Positions 18,764 to 28,426 of a stretch of 55,105 bases of DNA are shown one piece after another. The notes beneath the pieces are model-generated. The model was not told the origin of the DNA. It saw only the letters and a program-made list of their open reading frames with translations, and ran no database searches. Source of the stretch: an uncultured virus (IMG/VR IMGVR_UViG_3300047383_000862). Its lineage: Duplodnaviria; Heunggongvirae; Uroviricota; Caudoviricetes. Where the stretch lies: IMG/VR virus record IMGVR_UViG_3300047383_000862. One strand, 5' to 3'. Position numbers and translations under genes: made by a program. Positions within the stretch are counted from its first letter, which is position 1, and every line of letters begins with the position of its first letter.

Positions 18764-19481
18764 TTTTATTGAGGTAAGATTCAAAGCAAAATTCATCACT
18801 ACCAAGGTGATCAAAATTAGGGCAATATAATGATTGGTTCTTTCCGAAGCGTCTATTTGTTGCAATTTTATAAGTTAACCAAGCATCAAAATCAGATTTG
18901 TTTTTATAATAAATACTTTTAGCTTCTAATGTTTCAAGTTGGTTTGTGTCGCAATAATCTAGTACTTTTTTTCTTATTATATGGTCAAATGGTAAGCCAT
19001 TATCTTCTAATAAAAAAGATGGATTTGTGAAATTAAAATCAGGCATGCATCCCGCAAAAGACAATGTGTTGTTAAATATAAAAGAATCGTAAAAAGGCAT
19101 AACTAGCAGAAGATTATCTGTCCATAAAGATTTAAGTGAATTTATAGAAAATTTTTCTTCTGAACAAAATTTGTCACTATATATACTGTTTAAGTCTTTG
19201 ATGCCTTCGCTGTTTTTGGCGAAGATAATCACCTTATAGGAACTACCATTCTCAATTTCTATCCTAAGGCCGAAATATAAATTAACACCTAGCTCTTCAG
19301 AGGTTTTTTTCGCCTCTAAAAAACCGACTAAAGAGTCTTCCACTAAGCAAACTTGTTTGAGCTTGTGCTCTTGAGCGATTGAAAAAATACTGTCTGGACC
19401 CCCATCTTCTACTTTTTCGGGATTCTTTAAGGTAAGTATTGATTTACCTATAGAATAGTGGCTTTTAAATAAAGGTATCAT
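18744..19481 (-). CDS. Stand-alone PHP domain of DNA Pol III alpha
   Basis: FKSHYSIGKSI, CLVEDSLVGF, YFGLRI, IIFAKNSEG.KDL; promoter TTGACA-17-TATTAT (19491-19519). Confidence 0.85.
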   Translation of the reverse strand: MIPLFKSHYSIGKSILTLKNPEKVEDGGPDSIFSIAQEHKLKQVCLVEDSLVGFLEAKKTSEELGVNLYFGLRIEIENGSSYKVIIFAKNSEGIKDLNSIYSDKFCSEEKFSINSLKSLWTDNLLLVMPFYDSFIFNNTLSFAGCMPDFNFTNPSFLLEDNGLPFDHIIRKKVLDYCDTNQLETLEAKSIYYKNKSDFDAWLTYKIATNRRFGKNQSLYCPNFDHLGSDEFCFESYLNKNDRQTS

Positions 19482-19545
19482 ATGAGTATAATAATAGCAT
19501 GTTTAAAATAAAATGTCAAGATGAAATAGTGTAATAAATATTGAA

Positions 19546-20415
19546 ATGGTAGATAAATTAAACTCTGATCAAACTCAAGTAGATCTTAATGAAACAAGAA
19601 ATAAAGTGAATGAAATTCTTGATGCATTAAATAGACAAATTATTATTCCTTGGTCCCCTAGTGAGATTCCTACTCTTGCTTGGTGGGATGCAAGCGATGC
19701 TTCAACGATTCAGCATACATCAAATACTGTAAGTCAATGGAATGACAAAAGCGGTAACGGGGTTAATTTAACAGTACCAAGTGCCAAGACTGCGCCTACA
19801 ACAAATACGAGAACTTTAAATAATTTAAATGTTATGGAATATGCGGGTACTACTAGCGGTTTGAGTAATTCAAATTTCAGTTATAATAGAAGTAGTAAAA
19901 GTTTTTGCATAAGTTTTATTTGCAATATTATTGAAGCTCCTACAAATGTTGAACATTTTTACTTTTCTGGAACGAATTCTGTATCATCTGGAAAAAGACT
20001 AATGGCTAGATCTATAAGTTCGAGTACATCTCTTCAGATATTTGGTGGAGTTGGATCGAGCAATAAAGTAGTTGGCGCTAGTGAATTAACCTTAAACACT
20101 AGTGTATTAATCTCAATCGAGTTTACTCCAACAGGCCCTAATTCTCCAATTAGAGTAAATGGAGATGAAAAGAATACTGGGGATACTGGAAATAATCATC
20201 TTAATTATTTCAATTTGGGAATAAATGAAGGCGGCTCTTTTTCTGTAGAAGGCTTTTTTGGCGAATGTATTTTGCATAACGATAATACTATGATTGAAAA
20301 AATAGAAGGATATTTGGCTCATAAATGGGGCCTAGAAGGCTCTCTGGATAGCGCTCACCCTTATAAGGATTGGAACGCATTTTTGCGTTCTTCTTGGGGT
20401 TATAATCGCCTATGA
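19546..20415 (+). CDS. LamG/concanavalin-like virion-associated protein
   Basis: WSPS....AWWDASD....VSQWNDKSGNG, IRVNG, G.FGECI, EKIEGYLAHKWGL...L...HPYK; GTGTAA at 19529-19534. Confidence 0.8.
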   Translation: MVDKLNSDQTQVDLNETRNKVNEILDALNRQIIIPWSPSEIPTLAWWDASDASTIQHTSNTVSQWNDKSGNGVNLTVPSAKTAPTTNTRTLNNLNVMEYAGTTSGLSNSNFSYNRSSKSFCISFICNIIEAPTNVEHFYFSGTNSVSSGKRLMARSISSSTSLQIFGGVGSSNKVVGASELTLNTSVLISIEFTPTGPNSPIRVNGDEKNTGDTGNNHLNYFNLGINEGGSFSVEGFFGECILHNDNTMIEKIEGYLAHKWGLEGSLDSAHPYKDWNAFLRSSWGYNRL

Positions 20416-21444
20416 GTTAATCCATTTAGGGCACCCTTTGTATTCTCTTAGTTCGATAGTCTCACCCTCTTTTGGGATAAGTTTTTCTTTTTCATCTCCA
20501 AAAGAACTTTTGATTATTTTATTTTCCGAATTAATTAATACATAATAATTAAAACCTTTTCTAAAGGGACATATGAATGCTTTTATTGGTTCTCCATTCT
20601 CGTCTAAAACTGGGGAACCTCGACTCATTTTAAAGCCGTCTTTACCACAAGCTAATAAACCTCCGAAGCTTCCATCTTTAGGGAATCCTTGATCGGCTGC
20701 AAAATTAGACATAGCATCTTTCTCTGAAAAGTTCTCCAAGTAGTCTTGAATTTGCGTAAGTTCATATTCAAATCCATCTAGTTCATCATCAAGAATTGTA
20801 GGCATCATTACTTTTCCTTTTGACTCTAGATTAAATTTGAGAAACAGAAACTCCATTACTCTATTTTTGTATTCAGGAAACATTCTTTTGACTGCCAAGC
20901 AGTAAATTAAGTCTTGCAGGTTATCTTCAAGATCTTTACCTTTAAAAACACTCTTGCTACTTTTAAAATCTCTGATTAAGGCTTTACTGGCAGATCTATA
21001 AAGAAATAATTTATCAATAAACCCTAAAACTTTATACCTTTTCCCATCTTCATTCACATCAAGTAAGAATTCTTTTTCAGAAATAGCTAAGTCGGGTTTT
21101 GCGAATGTGTCCCCAAAGAAATCAAAGTTTAAGCCAGCCATTGTCATGTCACTAATAAGCTGAAGATTTTCTGCATCGTCAACATTCATTTTACGAGCAT
21201 GATACATTACAAGCCTCTTGATTGATTCAACCTCAAAAATATCTTTAGCTACTAAAAGCCGATCATAAACTTTTTTGTGTCGCGGCTCACCAAGAATTTC
21301 AAAGATCAAGTGGCAGATCCAACCTCTACTTGCTCCAGCATTGGTTGTGTCAGGGAGCTTGAGTACGTACTTTACCCAATATGTCCAACTGCATTTTTTT
21401 AATGTACTAATTCTACTGGCGGATAATCTAACATCACGTTTCAT
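20410..21444 (-). CDS. PD-(D/E)XK exonuclease (RecB/AddB/Cas4-like)
   Basis: LSASRI..LKKC, G..CH..FE, E..F, GFIDK, IRDFKSS, Q...Y; C-terminal Cys residues. Confidence 0.85.
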   Translation of the reverse strand: MKRDVRLSASRISTLKKCSWTYWVKYVLKLPDTTNAGASRGWICHLIFEILGEPRHKKVYDRLLVAKDIFEVESIKRLVMYHARKMNVDDAENLQLISDMTMAGLNFDFFGDTFAKPDLAISEKEFLLDVNEDGKRYKVLGFIDKLFLYRSASKALIRDFKSSKSVFKGKDLEDNLQDLIYCLAVKRMFPEYKNRVMEFLFLKFNLESKGKVMMPTILDDELDGFEYELTQIQDYLENFSEKDAMSNFAADQGFPKDGSFGGLLACGKDGFKMSRGSPVLDENGEPIKAFICPFRKGFNYYVLINSENKIIKSSFGDEKEKLIPKEGETIELREYKGCPKWINS

Positions 21445-22499
21445 AATTTTATTTTTTTTGTTTTTTTGTATAAGCTTTCAGCTAATTTTTTATTAGATCT
21501 TAATTCGCTTGATCTTTTTAAAATATATTGTTGTTGTTTTGGTTGGTCTATATTGGATAATTTAATTTGCCATTGTGATACTTCGTCTATATTCATATCT
21601 CCAAAATCATTTTTTGTAGGCAAACATATGCATAGTGAATTTTGGTCAAAATAATCTAATAGCTTTAAATAGTTTTTGACGCAGGCATCTGCACCTCTAT
21701 TCTCTTCTTTGTCCGAGTCATTATTAAAAGATAATATTATTTTTTTAGGAGCTAGAGAGACTAAGGCGCATATCATTTTAGGAGAAACAGAGAGACCAAA
21801 AGTTACAAGGCAATTATATATACCTGACTCATGCAAGGATAATAAGTCCCCTATACTTTCAACTAAAATAACTTCCTCTTTGTTGTTTATATGCTCCCTG
21901 GCTAAAGAATCTTCGTCATATAAGGGATATATCCAGTTGTTTTTCTGCCCCATGTGTTTCCATTTAGGTCTATTTGGGGCATCTTTAAGCATGTCTCTGC
22001 CAGCTAATCCATGGATCATTCCGCTTTCATTAAAAACAGGAAATACAAATCGATTGTGCATCTTGCCTTCTGTGCAAAAGCCTGACTTTAGTTTTTGTAG
22101 GATAGATTTAGATATACCTTTATTTTCGTAAAATTTATAATGAGGTAAAAATTTATCTATATCTGATTTAGGATATATTTCTTCTGACATAATTTTTTGA
22201 GTCGGTTTATATTGACGTTCGACACTATCTAAGTCAAGGGTGTCAACATTTTTTAAATATTTATTTATGATTTCTTTATCATTAGTTTTAAGCGTGGCTT
22301 GAACTAAGGTTTTAAAAGGCATGAAAGAAGTGCCTGAAACGTAATCCTTCCATACTCCAGAGTTTTTATATATCTGAATAGCGGTAGAATTATCTCCATT
22401 GCGAAAGATAGCATTAGTTTGCCAATAAGAGCCTCGATCAACTAGGTTGTAGCCTAGCTCATTTAAAACAGATTTAATGGTATCTGGACTCATTATCAA
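21441..22499 (-). CDS. dnaG: DNA primase (TOPRIM)
   Basis: RFVFPV...G.AGR, PKW, VILVES.GD, FNNDSD, NDFGD; adjacent to the helicase. Confidence 0.85.
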   Translation of the reverse strand: MIMSPDTIKSVLNELGYNLVDRGSYWQTNAIFRNGDNSTAIQIYKNSGVWKDYVSGTSFMPFKTLVQATLKTNDKEIINKYLKNVDTLDLDSVERQYKPTQKIMSEEIYPKSDIDKFLPHYKFYENKGISKSILQKLKSGFCTEGKMHNRFVFPVFNESGMIHGLAGRDMLKDAPNRPKWKHMGQKNNWIYPLYDEDSLAREHINNKEEVILVESIGDLLSLHESGIYNCLVTFGLSVSPKMICALVSLAPKKIILSFNNDSDKEENRGADACVKNYLKLLDYFDQNSLCICLPTKNDFGDMNIDEVSQWQIKLSNIDQPKQQQYILKRSSELRSNKKLAESLYKKTKKIKL

Positions 22500-24010
22500 G
22501 AAAATAGATCAGGTAGTTCTGAATCTCCGTCCATCATTGGCTCTCCTGCAGCTTCCAGATGTTCGACTAAATCTCGCAAGTCTCCTACTTCTGTTATACC
22601 GAAGTTGTCAAAATTTAAGTTTATATAATTCTTCTTTAATCTTCCGTCAGGCATCTTCACGGGCTCTAGAGCTCCGAATACATCGTCACCTAAGTGTCTC
22701 GATTTTAAATTAATTAATTTATGAGTTCCAAATCCCATGTCTGACTCAACTTCATCGGTGGTTTTAGGCCTTAAGAAAAACATATGAGAACAAAATTGAG
22801 TAATTCTATCTGATAATGATACTACACTTTCATCTTCTACGACAGCATCTGAGTTTCTATTTTGGCTAATTCCCATTCGATTGGTTTGAACGCTAGTAAT
22901 CATAGGGATAACTGGCTTTCCATCGACAACAATATCTCGCTGGATGCATTTCTTGAAATCATTAACCATTTTGCCTATTTGCTCCCATTCTTTCATGTTA
23001 GAACTATTTTCTGAATAAGAAGTCTTGATGTAATCAAAGCTTAATATTAGTGGATTGCCCCTACCGATTTTGCCATAGTAAAACCTTTTAACTAAACTAA
23101 TCATTTCGTTGACAGAAAGGCCTCCAACGTTTTGATAATAAAACTGTAGACCTTTAACTTTAGGGAATACTGATCTGATTTTATTACATACTTCTTCTCC
23201 AGCAGTTCTCCATTTGCCTGTCTCGCAGAGATGTAAAGGTACTCCACTTAGTGCTGCACACTGCCTCATTGTAAGCTCTTCAAAACTCATTTCTCCATTA
23301 TCGAAGTGTAAAACGGGTACATTATGCTGGGCTGATACTTTAGTGCAAAAGTCCATACAAAATTGAGTCTTACCTACTCCAGATCTAGCCGTTATGACAG
23401 TAATGTTCCCTGGTCTAAGAAGTGATCCATAAAGATCATGTAATTTCTTGTGAGGCCCTTTCATTCCAAAATCAGTTACAGGATTATTCCCAAGCTCTTC
23501 AACCATAGATTCCATGTTTTCATAGATGTTAATGGGAGCATCTTGTCCTGAGTCGAATACATTAATGGTTTTATTAAATACCGCATCAGCTTCTCCTACT
23601 ATTTCTGAATAGGATGATTCTGCTGGCATTCTTTTGACCGAAGAAATAACTTCTTTAGCTGAGTTACAAATTTCTCTTTTAACTGTTAACTTCTTGAGTT
23701 CTTTACAAGAAGACATGACTTGATTTTTAGCGACTCTACGCATTGACAGAGCTTGCACATAATCAGACACATTTATATTATCTTCAAAACTAATTCCGAT
23801 TGAATTAATTCTTTCTGCTATAATGACTGGGTCTATAGGCTCAGATGCATTCGCTAATTGTTTTATGATTTTAAATATAGTTTTATGTACTATAGAATCT
23901 TCATCATAAAAGTCTTTTTCATCTATAAAATATTCGATGTCGTGGAATATATCTGGATACCTTATTAATCCAGCCAATACATGTTGTTCTAGTTCGTTTG
24001 ACGATATCAT
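22496..24010 (-). CDS. dnaB: Replicative helicase
   Basis: N-domain EQHVL...DFY...HK.IF; ARSGVGKT; EMS; FDYI; Q.NR; KSRH; promoter TTGACT-17-TATCAT (24018-24046). Confidence 0.92.
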   Translation of the reverse strand: MISSNELEQHVLAGLIRYPDIFHDIEYFIDEKDFYDEDSIVHKTIFKIIKQLANASEPIDPVIIAERINSIGISFEDNINVSDYVQALSMRRVAKNQVMSSCKELKKLTVKREICNSAKEVISSVKRMPAESSYSEIVGEADAVFNKTINVFDSGQDAPINIYENMESMVEELGNNPVTDFGMKGPHKKLHDLYGSLLRPGNITVITARSGVGKTQFCMDFCTKVSAQHNVPVLHFDNGEMSFEELTMRQCAALSGVPLHLCETGKWRTAGEEVCNKIRSVFPKVKGLQFYYQNVGGLSVNEMISLVKRFYYGKIGRGNPLILSFDYIKTSYSENSSNMKEWEQIGKMVNDFKKCIQRDIVVDGKPVIPMITSVQTNRMGISQNRNSDAVVEDESVVSLSDRITQFCSHMFFLRPKTTDEVESDMGFGTHKLINLKSRHLGDDVFGALEPVKMPDGRLKKNYINLNFDNFGITEVGDLRDLVEHLEAAGEPMMDGDSELPDLFS

Positions 24011-24048
24011 ATTTTAAATGATATCAATAAACTCTTTAAAAGTCAAGA

Positions 24049-24306
24049 TTAATCTTCTGATGGAGGTGGCATATCTTCTTGCGACTCCATCTGAATAAGG
24101 AATTGCTCGATAGCCTTAATTAAGCCCATATGCACTATTTGGTTTGGGGCTTTAGAATGTATTATTGGTTCTCCTTCACTGTTTACATAAGCCAAAAGAA
24201 AACCTTTGGAAGACTCTTCTACGCCTCCAGAAAGCTCATATATTTTTTCAAATATTTCGTCAGGCATATCAAAATGCCCTAAATTGTTTGGATCGAAATC
24301 TCTCAT
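24049..24306 (-). CDS. Acidic hypothetical protein
   Basis: 85-aa ORF; GTGTAA (24315-24320) 8 nt before ATG. Confidence 0.7.
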   Translation of the reverse strand: MRDFDPNNLGHFDMPDEIFEKIYELSGGVEESSKGFLLAYVNSEGEPIIHSKAPNQIVHMGLIKAIEQFLIQMESQEDMPPPSED

Positions 24307-24319
24307 AAAAAACTTTACA

Positions 24320-24727
24320 CTATAAATCTATATTATACTTTTTAAATAAATCTTTAGATACAATATCATCAGTAAATATTTCTACTAAAATTATATCATT
24401 TATTTTACAGAAATTTTCTTTATCTTTATCTTTCCTTAATTGATGTAAGTAATTGCCTTTTGTTTGATGAAAATAAGGCACATACTTAATATGCTGATCC
24501 CCTTGAACTTCGACTGCAATTTTTTTATTTACATTGAAAAAGTCTATTGAAAGCCTACTTCCAGGAATAGGGAATTCTTCAAGCACTACATCGTAGCGCC
24601 AAAAATCAAAAAGAAAATCTTTTACGTTTTTTTGGAATTTACTTTTGCTTTCTGCGCCCCAATTAATAAAATATTTTTTAGGAGTTTTTGCTCGCTTAAT
24701 AACTCCAGAGGTAGTTTTAAACTTCAC
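24320..24727 (-). CDS. Vsr/DUF559-like endonuclease
   Basis: EEF......IDFF, IAVEVQGDQH, D..K...C..N.I.LVEI. Confidence 0.75.
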   Translation of the reverse strand: MKFKTTSGVIKRAKTPKKYFINWGAESKSKFQKNVKDFLFDFWRYDVVLEEFPIPGSRLSIDFFNVNKKIAVEVQGDQHIKYVPYFHQTKGNYLHQLRKDKDKENFCKINDIILVEIFTDDIVSKDLFKKYNIDL

Positions 24728-25830
24728 TTAGATATAACTTCTTTAAAATGATTAATTAAAAATGTGACTAGTTCAGGATTCTCCTCTAGGTGGTTATTTA
24801 ATTTAGAATCTCCTTGTATTTTTTCAGGAAAATCAAAATTATTATCTTTTAAAATATTAATAAAATCTTCTTCGACACTAATCCATGCTCCTTTTTTATT
24901 TACATAACCCCATAAATAAAGCATATCTATGATCTCTCTCTCAACCCACACTGAATTACCTCCCTGTCTTCCATATTTAATTGGGTAGTTTAATGTATAG
25001 TTTGTTTTTTCGTTGGGAGATTTTTTAACTGCGATACTTACTAGATGCCCGAGCATAGGATTTTTATCTGGACAAACTGGTTTAGCTTGATCTTCTAATA
25101 TAATATCTTTTTTAAACCTAGGCTGAAATTCTAATATAAAATTTGCAAAGTGTAATAAAGCATTACCTCCAGTTGCGCTAGTTTGCCTTACTGGTGCTTT
25201 TGAGTATGGGTCTATCTTGATGTCTGCTCTCACTTGAGATATGAATATCGCCATGTGACCTCTTTTCGCTAAAGATATACTCATTCTTTGCATGAACTTT
25301 GCGCCAAGCAGCGCTCCTCCAGCAACTTTATGAGCATCTTCAAAAGATTTATTTAAGTCATCTTTAGTGATTAGTCCATCTAGAGAATCAAGTACAAAGC
25401 AGTATTTGTTTCCGTCGTCATTGTTTAATATTAGCATCTTCATGACCTCTAAAACTGTTTCATAAACGTTACTTTCGAAAACAAAACAAGTTCCTTCTAC
25501 CCATTCATCTTCAGAAAATACAAAATTTATTCCTGAGCGTAACCTCATTTCAGGACTTAACCGCCCTTCCGCTTTAATGAAGAAACCTTTACTTTTTTCT
25601 TGCGTATTTAAAAAGTTTTTCATAACTTCTAGAGATTCGGATGTTTTGCCCCCTTCATTCATTCCTACAAACCTGTGCAGCCCTGGGCCGAATCCTCCTC
25701 CAAGCTCAAAGTCCATCCTAAGACTGCCGCTTGAGACTTTATAATCTATCTCTTCTTCAAAATTATAGTGATACTCTTTATTGTTTTTAAGAAAAGATTT
25801 TAAAAATGTATTTGATTGTGTTTCTGTCAT
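24724..25830 (-). CDS. recA: RecA/UvsX-like recombinase
   Basis: SSGS..MD..LGGG, GMNEGGKT, VLDSL, FISQVR, GGNALLHFA, KKGAW. Confidence 0.9.
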   Translation of the reverse strand: MTETQSNTFLKSFLKNNKEYHYNFEEEIDYKVSSGSLRMDFELGGGFGPGLHRFVGMNEGGKTSESLEVMKNFLNTQEKSKGFFIKAEGRLSPEMRLRSGINFVFSEDEWVEGTCFVFESNVYETVLEVMKMLILNNDDGNKYCFVLDSLDGLITKDDLNKSFEDAHKVAGGALLGAKFMQRMSISLAKRGHMAIFISQVRADIKIDPYSKAPVRQTSATGGNALLHFANFILEFQPRFKKDIILEDQAKPVCPDKNPMLGHLVSIAVKKSPNEKTNYTLNYPIKYGRQGGNSVWVEREIIDMLYLWGYVNKKGAWISVEEDFINILKDNNFDFPEKIQGDSKLNNHLEENPELVTFLINHFKEVISK

Positions 25831-26168
25831 TATGATAAAAAGTTTTTAATTGTGTTTTTATTGCTTGATATAATCTTATCTTCACCAAATTTTTCGCCTA
25901 ACTCAATTTTAGGAGTGACTCTAGGTTGATAATTATATTCATTATATAATGTTTTAAGTACTTTTATTCCGTGTTCTGATTTATAAAATATCAAAGAATC
26001 TTTTTTTTCTTTAAAGTTAATTAGATTCCAGAAAGACTCGCTCGGGAATAAGTTCATTAAGTCATTTAAGATCTTAAATTCACGCGCCCAAAATGCTCGT
26101 TTTTGAGTTTTAGGAATATCTACTATGTTGGCAAGAATGTCTTTTTTATTTTTATTTTTAATCACCAT
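25830..26168 (-). CDS. Hypothetical protein
   Basis: First gene behind TTGACT-17-TATAAT (26172-26200); TAATG coupling to recA. Confidence 0.7.
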   Translation of the reverse strand: MVIKNKNKKDILANIVDIPKTQKRAFWAREFKILNDLMNLFPSESFWNLINFKEKKDSLIFYKSEHGIKVLKTLYNEYNYQPRVTPKIELGEKFGEDKIISSNKNTIKNFLS

Positions 26169-26202
26169 ATGATTATAGGTGATCTTTGCATAAAAGTCAA
26201 GA

Positions 26203-26598
26203 CTAAACTATATAATAACAAAGTGTAAGGTCAGATCCAGCTCTAAAATTAACAAATTTACCTGCAGGTACTAAAATCGGAGTAAAAAAAGCGTGTGTTG
26301 TCCTTGCTGGCATAACTAAGAAGACTACTCTGGTTGAAGCTAAAGAGGATTTTGAGTCTTTGTAACAAAGTTCTAAATCAGTGCTATCTCCAGTCGTGCC
26401 TCCTGTAGCTCCATGAATTACGTCAGTTATTACAATAGATCTACCTTCTGGCGCCTGTATTCCTATTGTATCTCCGCAAGTTGAAAAATAAGCAGATTGA
26501 ATTCTTTGCCCCTTAAACTCAGTGACTTCTCCAAGATTAGCTGAAGCTACTTGAGTATTAATGAGTTTGCCTGGTACTCCTTGTTTACTGTATTCCAT
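26203..26598 (-). CDS. Small beta-rich hypothetical (possibly virion) protein
   Basis: Likely start ATG 26598, 8 nt after GTGTAA (26607-26612). Confidence 0.65.
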   Translation of the reverse strand: MEYSKQGVPGKLINTQVASANLGEVTEFKGQRIQSAYFSTCGDTIGIQAPEGRSIVITDVIHGATGGTTGDSTDLELCYKDSKSSLASTRVVFLVMPARTTHAFFTPILVPAGKFVNFRAGSDLTLCYYIV

Positions 26599-26664
26599 AG
26601 TCAATATTACACACAAAAATATAAAAAGTTTTATTTATTAAATAAATAATGTGTAAAACTTAGT

Positions 26665-27351
26665 ATGAAAGAATTAGATTTTACTCAACAAATTAAGGAT
26701 CAATTATTAGCACAACAAGGTAATGAAGAATTAATTACTGAAGAAGCATGGGCTGCTGAAAAAAATAAAGGCAAGAAATTAAATAAGCCATTTAGAACTC
26801 CTGGAGGGCCTAAAAAGTTTTCTGTTTATGTGAAAAATGATAAGGGGAATGTTGTTAAGGTTAATTTCGGCGATCCGAATATGTCCATCAAGCGAGACGA
26901 TCCTGCAAGGCGTAAGAGTTTTAGAGCTAGACATGGTTGCGATAATCCTGGACCTAAGACAAAAGCTAAATATTGGAGTTGTAAAATGTGGAGTAAAAAA
27001 AGCGTCACTAAAATGACTAAAGGAGAACAACAGGCTGAAGAAGAAATGGTGTCTTTTCTAGATGAATCAGATGCCGAACTAACAAAAGAGCAAAAAAAAT
27101 TACCTCCAGCTCTTCAAAAGAAAATTTTACAAAAAAAGGGTAAAAACACTAAGGACGATAAAAAAGATAAAACTCCTAGTAAGGAAAAAGAATCAGATGC
27201 TTCAAAACCTGGGCTTTGGGAAAATATTAGAAACAAGAAAAAAAGAATGGGTAAAAACTATAAACCAGCAAAACCTGGAGATAAAGACTACCCAGACCCC
27301 AAATCCTTAAAAAAAGCTCAAGAATCTAGTAAGAAAAAGAAAGAAAAGTAA
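26665..27351 (+). CDS. Very basic phage protein (DUF6321/DUF5754-like)
   Basis: LNKPFR.PGGPKKF.VYV, VNFGDPNM, RRKSFRARH.C, A.YWSC..W, GLWENIR; GTGTAA (26651-26656) 8 nt before ATG. Confidence 0.7.
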   Translation: MKELDFTQQIKDQLLAQQGNEELITEEAWAAEKNKGKKLNKPFRTPGGPKKFSVYVKNDKGNVVKVNFGDPNMSIKRDDPARRKSFRARHGCDNPGPKTKAKYWSCKMWSKKSVTKMTKGEQQAEEEMVSFLDESDAELTKEQKKLPPALQKKILQKKGKNTKDDKKDKTPSKEKESDASKPGLWENIRNKKKRMGKNYKPAKPGDKDYPDPKSLKKAQESSKKKKEK

Positions 27352-27352
27352 T

Positions 27353-28366
27353 TTAGAAGTCGTCTTCTAACGATCCACTTTGTTGGTACTCTCTTACTCT
27401 TCTCTCAAAGAAGTTGCCCATAGCTTGAACGTCAACAACTTCTCCTAGCCAAGGAAATGGGTTTTTGTCACTAGGAAAGCGATAGTCTAAGCCTATTGCC
27501 TCTAGCCTTCTGTTGCCTATATAGTGCATGTAATCGACGAACATTTCTGCATTCAATCCTAAAATTCCAGTTGGAAGTACATCATGTGCATATGCAATTT
27601 CTAGCTCTACAGCTTTCTTTATATGCTCGATAAATTCATCTTGAATTGCTTTAGTCCATATTGATGGATTTTGCTCAATTAATGTGTTAATTAAATAAGT
27701 TCCAAATGCAATGTGAGAACTTTCATCTCTCAGTGTGTATTTTATTTGATCTGAGATTCCTTGGAGTTTGTTTTGTCTGCCAAGAGCTAGTAACATAGCG
27801 AAGCCGCTAAAGAAAAATGTACCTTCACATACAATCCAATAAGTAAGAAAGTTTCTTAATATTTCTTGCTTACCTTCTTTCGTGTGTGGATTGAAGTCTT
27901 GACGACTAATATCGTTCGTGATAGACATTAAGAAGTCATCTTTAGCCTTGATGCTTGGTATATTTTCATATGCAGCAAATACTTCTTCTATTTCTAGGTC
28001 TAAACTGTCACATATATAGACTACCGTAAGATTGTGAAGGCTCTCTTCAAAAGCTTGACGAAGTATGTATTGGCGGCACTCAGCATCTGTGATAAAGCGG
28101 AAAGCAGATAACAAAAGGTTATTACCAACCAAAGACTCAGATCCAGCAAAAAATCCAAGACAGCGTTTAACAAGTAGTTTTTCATCTTCTGTAATTTCAT
28201 TGTTTTTCCATTGTTGAATATCATTCTGCATTGAGATTTCTGTTGGCATCCAATTATTGGCGCAACTTTTAAGAAATAAATCCCAAGCGTATTTATGTTT
28301 ATGAGGTAAAATTCTATTTACTCCTGCAATATTTTTTGTTAGTAGTTCTCCTGTTTTATCTTTCAT
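27353..28366 (-). CDS. nrdB: Ribonucleotide reductase beta subunit, class Ic-like
   Basis: NNWMPTE, FFAGSESLV, EESLH, EG.FFFSGF, RDESSH, NFFERRV.EY; promoter TTGACT-17-TATAAT (28382-28410). Confidence 0.95.
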   Translation of the reverse strand: MKDKTGELLTKNIAGVNRILPHKHKYAWDLFLKSCANNWMPTEISMQNDIQQWKNNEITEDEKLLVKRCLGFFAGSESLVGNNLLLSAFRFITDAECRQYILRQAFEESLHNLTVVYICDSLDLEIEEVFAAYENIPSIKAKDDFLMSITNDISRQDFNPHTKEGKQEILRNFLTYWIVCEGTFFFSGFAMLLALGRQNKLQGISDQIKYTLRDESSHIAFGTYLINTLIEQNPSIWTKAIQDEFIEHIKKAVELEIAYAHDVLPTGILGLNAEMFVDYMHYIGNRRLEAIGLDYRFPSDKNPFPWLGEVVDVQAMGNFFERRVREYQQSGSLEDDF

Positions 28367-28426
28367 AATTTATATATAACGATTATAGATTGAATAAAGA
28401 TCAAAGTCAATATTAAATTGTGTTAA

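Noticed and set aside
18122..18865. Programmed frameshifting or a split intein joining the PHP, exonuclease and polymerase ORFs
   Set aside because: Each downstream ORF has its own ATG in the overlap; no convincing slippery heptamer or intein terminal motifs.
20410..21444. Cas4 of a CRISPR-Cas locus
   Set aside because: No array or other cas genes; the replication context fits a phage recombination exonuclease.
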